Shown here one piece after another: positions 47,501 through 57,010 of a DNA stretch of 64,000 bases. Each line of letters starts with the position of its first letter. The first letter of the stretch is position 1. The notes beneath the pieces are model-generated. The model saw only the letters and a program-made list of their open reading frames with translations. It was not told where the DNA came from and ran no database searches. Source of the DNA: Lama guanicoe (taxonomy: Eukaryota); the NCBI GenBank assembly GCA_013239625.1, contig MU053933.1:3029817-3093816 (forward strand), written 5' to 3'. Made by a program: the position numbers and the translations under genes.

Positions 47501-47783
47501 CACATTTACTTTGGAAAGCATTTTGGCAATTAAGCCAAAAAGCTAATTCAATATACGTCCACTAGCCATTCCACTATTAAGTGTCTACCCAGGAGTGATG
47601 AAAGCATGTGTCCATACAAAGCTCTGAACAGGAACATTGCAGAAATTTGTCTTTAATAGCTAAAATAATAAAATACTGGAAACGTCCATCCATCAATGAA
47701 TGAATACGCAGTGACACTGGTATATGATCACACAGTGACATTGGGACTGGCAAAAGAATTATGCTGAGTAAAAGTAGTCAGAC
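44600..47783 (+). mobile_element. Old L1 ORF2 and 3' end (sense), host to a solo LTR
   Basis: 'cttctaaacaacccctgtgtcaagaaga', 'gcagctaaagcagcgctta', 'aaaattcctcatgaacata', 'tataagctacagtaattaagacaatgtggtattgg' and 'gccattccactattaagtgtctacccagg'. Confidence 0.88.
45482..45913 (-). mobile_element. ERV1-type solo LTR with 4-bp TSD
   Basis: Termini TGTTA...TTACA; TSD aaac at 45478-45481 and 45914-45917. The minus strand carries TATAAAAG (~45648-45655) followed by AATAAA (~45565-45570). Confidence 0.88.
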
Positions 47784-47785
47784 CA

Positions 47786-48190
47786 GTGGGAATGCAGTTT
47801 GGTGCAGTCACTGTGGAAAACAGTATGGAGACTCCTCAGAAGACTAGGAATAGACCTACCATATGACCCAGGAATCCCGCTCCTGGGCATGTATCCAGAA
47901 GGAACCCAACTTCAGAAAGACACTTGCACTCCAATGGTCATAGCAGCACTATTTACAATAGCCAAGACATGGAAACAGCCTAAATGTCCATCAACAGATG
48001 ACTGGATAAAGAAGCTGTGGTGTATTTATACAATGGAATACTATTCAGCCATAAAAATGGCATTACGCCATTTGCAGCAACATGGTTGTCCCTGGAGAAC
48101 GTCATTCTAAGTGAAGTAAGCCAGAAAGAGAAAGAAAAATACCATATGAGATCGCTCATACGTGGAATCTAAAAAAAAGAATATAAATAC
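47786..48190 (+). mobile_element. Young camelid-type L1 fragment (ORF2 C-terminus plus start of 3' UTR), truncated at both ends
   Basis: ORF 47799..48110 '[32 protein letters not shown]...AALFTIAKTWKQPKCPSTDDWIKKLWCIYTMEYYSAIK' is the L1 ORF2p C-terminal (DUF1725) region. Confidence 0.92.
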
Positions 48191-48192
48191 GA

Positions 48193-48320
48193 ATAACCTT
48201 GAATAGGTGATTTTATTCTCTCTGGACCTCTGTCTTCGCACCTCCAAATAAGAAGTTCAGATTAACTGATGCATGCTCAAAGATCTCTTCCAGTTTTAAA
48301 ATTCTCTGAGTTTATGATTC
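48193..48320 (+). mobile_element. MIR3/MIR-like fragment
   Basis: 'aaccttgaataggtgattttattctctctggacctctgtcttc...gatctcttccagttttaaaattctctga'. Confidence 0.6.
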
Positions 48321-48409
48321 TGTAGACTGTTTCTTAATGGCTCACTTTCAGAAATAAGAAGATGGGCTTGTGGACAAGTCTTTTGGCCTGAGTGACTGGA
48401 AGGTGTTTA

Positions 48410-48640
48410 AAGGTTTCCTTGCTCCTTATCCTTGCCAGCACTTGGCAGGGTGTTGCCAGACTGTTTTATTTTAGGCAGTGTGGGAGCACGTGTTTATTTA
48501 CACCTATTTTTGGTTTTAATTTGCATCTCTGATTACTGTGAGACTGGGTACCTCTTCATGTGCTGACTGGCCGTTCGGACCTCTTCTTTTGTGAAGTGCT
48601 TTTCTCCTTTCACCCATCTTTCTGTGTATGTCGACATTTG
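48410..48640 (-). mobile_element. Old L1 ORF2 fragment (antisense)
   Basis: 'atccttgccagcacttgg', 'ggttttaatttgcatctctgattac' and 'tcttcttttgtgaagtgc'. Confidence 0.7.
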
Positions 48641-49724
48641 TAAGGGAGAGCTGTCAGGCTGGCCCCAGATGTCTCCACAGCAATTTTCATGCTAGATAAA
48701 AGGGTAGCAAAGTGCACAAAAGCTTTAGGAAAGAAAGAAATTTCTCAATAGTCCACTTTCAAATGTGAGGACCCGGGGAAGATGATGCTTACGGGCCGTC
48801 GGTGGAAGAGCTCCTTGAAGTGGAGCGAGCGCCTGGAGTGCCACAGGGTGAGGGTGGCGGGTCAGAGAGAGGCTGGCGGGGACCCTCATGCACAGTGCTC
48901 AGGGGGCATGGAGAGCAGGACTCCCGTGTTGCAGACTTTCCAGGGGCAGCAGCGGGACTCACAGCAGCTGGGGGCAGAGGGTGAGCACCCCGAGGGGCAG
49001 AGGGCTGCCAGCAGCACGCTTCCTGCTCCTCAATGCGGAGGAATTTGGGAGCATTGCTCAGAGACTAACAGCAGAAGAGCCAGAAATAGCTAGACAGGGA
49101 CTCGCTATGGGCGGTGGGGTGTAAATGTGGTCCCTCCTGAGTCATCCGCGGTGAGTCATCGCCCGTTCTGCTCTGGGGACAGAGGCTGCGAGCAGGCCTC
49201 CCCACAAAGGACAGATGGTCAGGAGACATAAAGAAGAGAAGAGCTCAGCCGATGATGTTCGCAGTTTTAAAGCCTCAAACAGTGAAGCTGATGGGGTGAC
49301 ATTTCCGTCTCTCAGTTTGTCAGAGGTCAGAGCATCCGAGAGGGAATCGTGCAGGCGGTGGCCGGAGAGAGAGCCCTGTGAATCTGAGGGGGTGGAGTTT
49401 GCAGAGCGCTGTGTGGGGAAGAGTTTGGTTAATTTCTCTGAGATTGAAGGTGTTCAGTGTTGCCCATCGTCTGCCGAGGTGCCTCTGAGTGTGAGTTCGA
49501 GCGGCTTCAAACAGAGATTCACTCAGAGTTCTCAGGTGTATTGATGGGAGAGAAGGCCACACCTGCTGCGGACCGAGACCACGTTTTCCTTCCTCATGCA
49601 ACAGAACCTCCGTGGTGGGCCTCGGGGGCTGCTGACAGTAACCGTGGGCTCAGAAAGAGTATGAGAGAGCCTTATTTTTCACCGTTTGCTTAAGTTTTTA
49701 CTCGTTATACCTAAGTATAGTTTT

Positions 49725-49950
49725 AAAAAAGTTTTTACTGAAGTGTAGTTGATTTACAATGTCAGTTTCGGGTGTACAGCAAAGGGATTCAGTTATACAT
49801 ACACACACATAGATACTTTTTCTTTTCCATTACGTGTTATGACAGGAAATTGAATATAGCTCCCTGTGCTCTAGAGTAGGTCCTTGTTTATCTATTTTGC
49901 CGATAGTTGTGTGTGTCTGTTAATCCCCAATCCCTAATTTATCCCTCTGT
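49725..49950 (-). mobile_element. Cetartiodactyl-type L1 3' end
   Basis: 'tttttactgaagtgtagttgatttacaatgtcagtttcgggtgtacagcaaagggattcagttatacata' and 'tgaatatagctccctgtgct'. Confidence 0.85.
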
Positions 49951-50020
49951 ACTTTTGAAGAGTTATGAAAACCGCCTAAGACCAAGAAGAGTTTTAATAA
50001 TTACTGTTAATAGAAGAATT

Positions 50021-50655
50021 TGCTATGGAGCCAAACTCGGGTCCACTTGCCCCCGTGCAGTGAAGCCAACCTACCGATCCCAGGTGGTGGTGGAGGAAAG
50101 CACAGTGTTTACTGCAGGCGCCCAGCGAGGAGAATGGGCAGCTAGTGCTCAAAAGGCCCGAACTCCCGAAGGCTTTCAGGGGGAGGTTTTTAAAGACAGG
50201 GTGGGGGTGGGGTGGGGCGGCTATGGTGCATGATCAGCTCGTGGACATCCTTCTGACTGGCGGGTGGTGAGGTCCTCAGGAGTCAGCATCATCCCCCTTC
50301 TGGGTCCAGCTGGTCTGGGGTCTGCGTGCCGGGGGGCAGCGTGCAGTCAGCTTCCTCCACCTGGCAGGGGCTTCAGTAGCTGCAAAACAGCCCGAAGGAG
50401 GTCATGGCTCAGAATATTCTCTCTAGCCCTGGAGGAGGAACTGAAGTCCTTGACTTTGTCTGATGGTTAAACTCTTGTTATCTTGTCTTGCTTGATGGTT
50501 TTCCTTTCTGCATTTTCTCACTTCTCTGATTAAGTGTATTCTTTGATGCTCAGGAAATCCTTGGAGACTAAAGGTTTTCTACAGACAAGAGGTGGGCAGA
50601 GGACATGAGGGAGGGTCTGTCCTGGGAAGGCCTCACAGGGTCCTGTTTGGTTACA
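50021..50655 (-). mobile_element. ERV1-type solo LTR (second family)
   Basis: Begins tgctatggagccaaactcgggtccacttgccc and ends ggtcctgtttggttaca. Internal LTR-like motifs are 'gctagtgctcaaaaggcccgaactcccgaaggctttcagggggaggtttttaaag' and 'gaggaggaactgaagtccttgactttgtc'. The TSD is not clean. Confidence 0.78.
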
Positions 50656-52924
50656 GACCTACACACATTGCCAGATCAAGCTCATCGCATGCTGATATTA
50701 CGTATTACTTAGTAACTGAAACCTGAAACATGACGTGGCATGTATTTCTGTGATAGCAATTGCTGACGGATGCAAACCGAGTTTCCAGTGTACAGGGTGC
50801 TCTGTGGACCCCACGAGTGAGAGAGACCTCGTGGTGCTGAGTTCATCGGGTAACGTGACGCTTTTCCCTTGCTTTTTGGTAGATGGCCAGCGTCCTCACC
50901 CTCGGGGGAAGCAGGTGGGCTGGCAGTACAGGCGTCCCCAGGCCGGGAGAAGGAGACAGTCCCAGGTACTCTCGTCCACCCCTGCTGGTGATCTCCCCGC
51001 CCGGCCCCATCCTGTTCCGACAGTGACTCACCTGTGCTCCTGCCTCTCCCGGCCTGCCTTGCCACCTGTGCCCTGCCTGCGCCCAACCTCAGTGCCTGTC
51101 AGTTGCCCCACCTCAGCCTGGAGCTCCACCCTCCCTGCTCCCACCCGACTTGGGCCAGTCCTCACTTCTGGTTGTCCCTCTGCTTGAACACTTCTTTGAA
51201 GGTTCCTAACCCTGAATTGCACCCCGACTCCCATTAACTTCGCTCAGCCGCCGGGTGCGTGGAGAAGGCCCCCGACAGGGCCGAGCCGCCACCTGCTGCT
51301 GTCCTCTGCTGCTCAGATGCAGACCCGCTTCTTGTCTGCTCGTTTCCTCTAACAGGGTGATTTTTAGTGGGAGGAGAAGGAACGGCCTTCTTGCAGCAGA
51401 ACAGTCTGGAGTGTGGCGACTGTCACTCTTCGTCCACGCAGAAAATTAACTCTTTTTCTGGCCGTGGGCGCGTCTCTTCACGTTAGAAACGTAGCAGAGG
51501 CGATGAGCAGCTTCAGGATCAGAACTGACTTTAGGAATGACGTTTAATAAGGCCAGAAGGGTCGCTATCCCAGAGTCGACAGAGTCCCTTAGCAGACAGA
51601 CCAAACTGTGCTCTGCGCCAGGTCTGGTTCTGGGCTGGGTCAGATCCACCAGCAACACAGGGACAGGCTCTGTCCCCAGAGACACATCAGAGGTAGACGG
51701 CGCGCTGAGTCCGCAGGTGATGGGCTCAGAGAGGGGAAGGCAGAGCAGGAGCGAGGGGGTGCGTGTGTGCATGTGTGTGCGTGTGCCTGTTCGTGCATCT
51801 GCGTGTGTACATGAATGTGTACATGGTGGAGCGGGCTGGGAGGGCTACGGACGGGAGTCCAGGCTGAGGGGCGGGGAGGACAGCATGTCCCCAGCGCTCG
51901 AGTTGGGGTCGGAGTGGCTGGCCTTGGACACGTAAAGGTGAGACACAGGGACATGCGGGCAGCTGTAGAGGACACAGCTGGACAGGTGGGACTGGGGCCC
52001 GGGAGAGAGGGCCCACTGGACGTGTGGACTTGTGCCAGTTTCACGCAGGGAGCATGGGTGCCACCAAGGGGGCGACAGTGAGAGGAGAGAAGCAGGGATG
52101 GGCCGTCAGGAATGCATGTCGTGGTGGGGTCTGAGCTGGAGGACAGCCTTGTGGGCAGGCTGACTCCATCTCACTGTCATGGGAGGGGGAGAGCTGGGCT
52201 TCCTGTGGGTCATCGGTGGTGGGTGTATGTGGGAGAGGGAGCAGGGGCCAGGCAGGGGCAGTGAAGCCGGGGCTTTGACAAGTGAGCCTCAGAGGGAGGA
52301 GGGTCTGAGGGGAAGGGCTGGGGGTCGCGGGGGGCGGGTTACTGATGAGCGGAAACTGTGTTGGGAGGCAGGCGACTGGTTGGCCTTGGGGTGGACGAGC
52401 TGAGACGGTGGGTTGTCCCAGGAGGCTGTGGGTGGGGACCAGGAGTTTGAAGACAGAAGTCGATGTGAAATGTATGTTGTCCTCATAAACTGTGTTCAGC
52501 CGTTTTTGACACATGGTCAAAGATAATTTCATATGGTTTAACTTAGAGTTGAACTTCTCATAGCTTGTAAGATTTGTGCAGGAATATTTGGGAGACCGGG
52601 AGCCTGGCTGAGCTGGGAAGAGCAGCGTGAGGGCTGGTGTCGTGTGGCCTGCTCGCTGTCTGTGGGGGAGTGGAAGCGGCTTGTGTGGCCCTCGTGCTGT
52701 GCAGCTACCTGGGAGAGGTGTGCAGTCGAAGGGCTGTGGCTTTTCCGAGCACGGCCGAGGCAGCAAGTGAGGACAGAGGGAGCAGAGCACAGTGGAGAGG
52801 GCGGTGATGGTGACTCTGAAGAGGAGCGGGGACTGGCAGGCTTCCTGGAGGAGGGGCCGTGGCCGGGGACACGGCAGACGGCAGGGCTGATGACACTGTC
52901 TTCAAGGTGGGAGCAGCTGTGAGC

Positions 52925-53110
52925 GAATCTCTATCAAAGCAGAATACAACTTAGAAAATATTTAAAAATACAACTGCCTTTTCAAGTTAAAGAACAATAC
53001 TTGGTTTCCATGGTAACTGCCACCCATTTAACTAGGGCAAGTGTATGTGGTGACACAGGGTAATTACAGACAACAGGGAAATTGCAGGGTAAGTCTTAAA
53101 TAAATACAGA
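52925..53110. promoter_or_regulatory. Candidate enhancer (AT-rich unique island with RFX, SOX, TCF/LEF and homeobox motifs)
   Basis: GTTTCCATGGTAAC X-box (53004-53017), AACAAT (52993-52998), ATCAAAG (52933-52939), TAATTA (53061-53066). Confidence 0.45.
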
Positions 53111-53329
53111 GTGGCTGCGTGGTTAGGTTCTGCTCCTGGGAGCAGGAGGTGAGGGTTTCCGGCCGTCTGCTGCAGATCCACGCCCTCCTCCCCTCAGGCA
53201 AGGTGTCCCCAAGCCCTGGGGCCTGCGCCTCTGCGGGGGCCTCTCCCGGCCGGGCTGGGAGCCAGCGGAGGCCGCGCGTGGGCCCCAGGCCCTGGCTGTA
53301 GAGACTGATTTATCAGCCAGAGCTTAAGG

Positions 53330-56300
53330 AGGAGGTTTCTGTCCGTCAGCTGGCTATGGAGGAGACCCTACATGGGGGAGAGAAAGACCGTCAGGTCCGT
53401 CCACAAACCAGCCTCCTGCAGATCAGACAGGGTGGTTACCTGAGAACACTCATCTGCTGTCACCTGTACCGGAAGGTCCCCAAAGACGGAAGCTTTAAGA
53501 AAGCAGCCATGGTGGACATTCACGACGTCCGAGGAGACGGGAGTGACTGCGGTCAGAGGACCAGGCCTTTGGTTAATGTTAAGAGAGAGACTCACATAAT
53601 GCTTATGGAGTTGCAGTACTGCAGAAGACACACAAGGCAGGCTTCTGTGGATACGTGTGAGAATTCGGACACTCAGCTCAGAGCCAGGATCCCCGGCAAG
53701 CAAGCCAGGGTTCTCAAAAGCAGAAGTGGGGGTGGAGCCAAGAGCTGCACTCGAGGAGAACCGAACAGCAGGAGGGAGAGGTGCCGAGTGCAACCACAGG
53801 GTTAGCACCGCGAGGGAGGAGCAGGCCCAACAGAGGACACTGCGTCTTCAAAAGCAGCAACCAAGGGCTGTGGGGAAAAGTGACCAGAACGAAGCAATCA
53901 GGGTGGCTTAAACTGCAGAACAGCCAGAAATGAAGACGGAATCTGATTGAACAAATGAACCAAGGATTATTCTAGAACGCAGGCCTACGGGGCCCTGAGC
54001 TGTTCCAGAACGCAGGTCTCAGGGACAGAGAAGTGGGGCGGGTAAGAGAAAAGGGTGAGACCGAAGCAAGTTTGAAGAGCACCATTGTCTGTTGGGGGGT
54101 CTGAGAAGCAGAGCAGAGGGGCTGGAGGGACAGTGCACACCCTGGAGGGACCTTCTCAGAGCGCAGAGCAGAGGGGCTGGAGGGACAGTGCACACCCTGG
54201 AGGGACCTTCTCAGAGCGCAGAGCAGAGGGGCTGGAGGGACAGTGCACACCCTGGAGGGACCTTCTCAGAGCACAGAGCAGAGGGGCTGGAGGGACAGTG
54301 CACACCCTGGAGGGACCTTCTCAGAGCGCAGAGCGTGTTGGGGGTTGAAGGTTGAGCAAGGGGGGTGAGAAACCACGACGGCCGGGACCACGCTGGGAAG
54401 CACCCGAGAGAACCCGTGAAGTGGTCAGCAGGAGGGACAGGGGTCTGGATGTCAGCTGATAACAAATTTCTCCTGACAAATGCGTATTTTAGAATTACCT
54501 GAACCAGTATCTTCCAAGTGCTTGGGGGGAAATGATTCCAACGTGGAATTTGAGACACAGCCAGAATTCAAATCCAAGGGCAAAGGCCAGGTGCTTTCAG
54601 ACAATAGAGGACTCACCCCGAAGACTCCGGCGAAATGAAGACAGAGCCATCGGCACAGGAGGGCGTGTCTAGGTCCACTGATGACAGCGGGAAGCACCGG
54701 TAGAGCGTGTCGCTGGCTCTGATTAATTGCTGCTGCGTTCGGTGTGCAAATTAAAGTAACAGTTGAAAAAATCTTATGTATACGATTGACATAGTGATGA
54801 GGGGGAGAACGACAGCTCCTTCTGGGGGATATGTAGATGCCGCTTGAGCCCGTAGTGCATAAATGTGCATTTAAACACATTAACCGTTTACAAGGAGCCA
54901 CCAGTCACAGGCACAGATTGCACAGCCTCAGATCTTGTAGAGGAAAAACTCTGGAACAAAGAAAGTCTGATTAAGTCATCAAAGGGTACAATAGAAGGAA
55001 AAAATTAGAAATCAAAGAAAATGTGTAAAGCAAGACATCACATCATGTAGGGATTAGTTCAAATGTACGTGAAATTTCTCTATAAAGAGGCAAAACTCGG
55101 ATTGTCTTCAGAATGACACAGAAACAGAAAACGCATTAATGGGAAGGACACTAAGGAAACGCGAACCACAGGGCAGCAGCCTCGCAGCGTTGTTTTCAAG
55201 GAAAAGATAAAAAGCACTAAATGGGACAAAGGCACTTCGTTTTGTAGGTCACGTGCCTCTGAGAAGACATGACATTTGTGGACTTCCACGTTGAGTTACA
55301 CAGGAAGGAAAAGCTTCTACGGGCAGGAAACAGGGAAACCCAGCATCCTAATGGGAAACTTTAAGTGAAAAATCAGGACGACAGAATTCTCTTGCTTGTG
55401 AAGAATCTGAGTAGCATTCTTAACAAACTCTGTGACAGGTGCAGAATGTGCTCTCCTACTTTCCTTCTTTCCTTCCCTCCTTCCTTTCTTTTTTTCAAAT
55501 GCACCAGGATCACTCAGATATATTTACCATGTGTTTGATTTTAAAGAAAATCTAATTTTTCAACGGTAGAAGTCATTAAGTACAATAAAGATGGAAGTCA
55601 ACCACAAGATGTAACCGAAAGTAACCCAGACTTATCCCTGGAGATTTGGGGATGCTTTTACATAAAAAGAATAAACTGTATAAAAAATAATGAAAATGAG
55701 GTAACATGGCACATCAAAACATGGGCGAGGCCGTCAAACAACTCTCGGGAAAATGCTGGAAAACCGGAAACACTTAAAATAAGTGGAGCAACCCTATAGA
55801 GAAAGATTTACAAAATGGTTCAAGACACAGTATGAAAAATGAATGAAGGTGACGGCAGAGATGAACACAGCAGAACACAAAAACTTGGTGTCGGTGCAAT
55901 AATTTCTGGCAAAGGACTGTAAAATACTCAAACAACTTTGCTCAAGGAGGGAAAGGCGAAATGGTAAAACTCGGGTAACAGAAGTAGCTGGAGCTACAGA
56001 TGTGGGACTATTTGCAGCCCCATGCAAAGGAACTGGGAAATCTGGGGGAGATGAATAATCTGCTAGACAAATGGAAATTGACAGAATTGCCTCGACGTGA
56101 CGTGGAAAGTCTGGATCAACATGGAAAGGGCTGAGACGGGGCTCGGGGGTCTGCACTCCCCTGCCATGGTGGCTGCTTCTCTACCGGCACCTTCCAGCAC
56201 ATCCCAAAGAAAATATAGTTTTTAAGGTAGGCAGACTCTTTTAGGGAACAGAAAGAAGCCAGAGTTCCCCAATCATTTTATGAGGTCAGCAGCATTATGA

Positions 56301-56420
56301 TGTAAAAATCATGCAGGTACTATTAAAATAGCCTACAAGTAACTTTGCCTTCTGGGGACAGAGGTGCGAACCCTAAACCGCACGCTGGCAGATTGAACCC
56401 AGCAGCGCGTTCAGCACTAA
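53330..56420 (+). mobile_element. Old L1 (ORF1 to ORF2) remnant, sense, containing a VNTR
   Basis: 'ccagtatcttccaagtgcttggggggaaatgattccaacgtggaattt', 'acaataaagatggaagtcaaccacaag', 'catcaaaacatgggcgaggccgtcaaa' and 'ttcccaatcattttatgaggtcagc'. Confidence 0.7.
54108..54334. repeat. 55-bp GC-rich minisatellite, ~4.1 copies
   Basis: The unit gcagagcagaggggctggagggacagtgcacaccctggagggaccttctcagagc starts at 54108, 54163, 54218, 54273 (one G>A) and partially at 54328. Confidence 0.97.
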
Positions 56421-56499
56421 ACACGCTTGTCGGCTCAGCGGAGTTCTGCGGAGCTGCGGTTGGGAGAGGTGCCAGGCCCCGCCTCCCGCCTTGTCTCCG

Positions 56500-56960
56500 C
56501 TCGCTCGTGCCTGTGTGTCTGGTCTTGGCGCGTCCTCCCTGTGCCTCGCCCTTCCTGAGTCTCTCTCGGTGCTTTATTTTCTTTCTGACTTTCCACAAGG
56601 TTCACTTTCATCCATTTCCCCTTGTGTTTCTTCAGTCTTGTTGTGTCTTCTAACTTCATCTTGATTTTTTTGGCATATTTTTCTTTCATTCCCTATTCTT
56701 TCCTGAGCTATGTGACTTAATTTTTGAGTTCTCTGATTCTGATTTATATGTTTCATCTCTTGCATCATTATCTTAATGCCTTTAATCAGTTTAAAGATAC
56801 TGGATGAGAGTCTTTCCATTGTGTCAGCCTGGCTCTGCAGTGCCCGGTGTGTGCTTGTTGTCGGTAAGGGTGTTACTTTGTTTCTTGCTTTCTTTTGCCT
56901 TGTGTGGATTTGGCTTCACGTGAAATTCGTTTTCCTGACCTTCGTAGAAGGGAGGTGTTA
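56500..56960 (-). mobile_element. Old L1 ORF1-region remnant (antisense)
   Basis: T-rich antisense ORF1-like tract, e.g. 'ttcatccatttccccttgtgtttc' and 'atgtttcatctcttgcatcatt'; the minus-strand frames are Lys/Glu-rich. Confidence 0.5.
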
Positions 56961-56989
56961 CTTCCAGTAGCATTCCTAATTTCACGGCT

Positions 56990-57010
56990 CTAGAGCGCCC
57001 TCTGCTGCTA
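56990..57010 (-). promoter_or_regulatory. Candidate CTCF site
   Basis: The minus strand reads GCAGCAGAGGGCGCTC, close to the CTCF core CCASYAGRKGGCRS. Confidence 0.5.

Noticed and set aside
47799..48110. Functional protein-coding CDS
   Set aside because: It is a fragment of the L1 ORF2p C-terminus that diverges after YYSAIK, not a host gene.
54108..54334. CRISPR-like array or repeat protein ORFs (54085..54355)
   Set aside because: The units are contiguous with no unique spacers, there are no cas genes, and the context is mammalian. The 55-bp period is not a multiple of 3.
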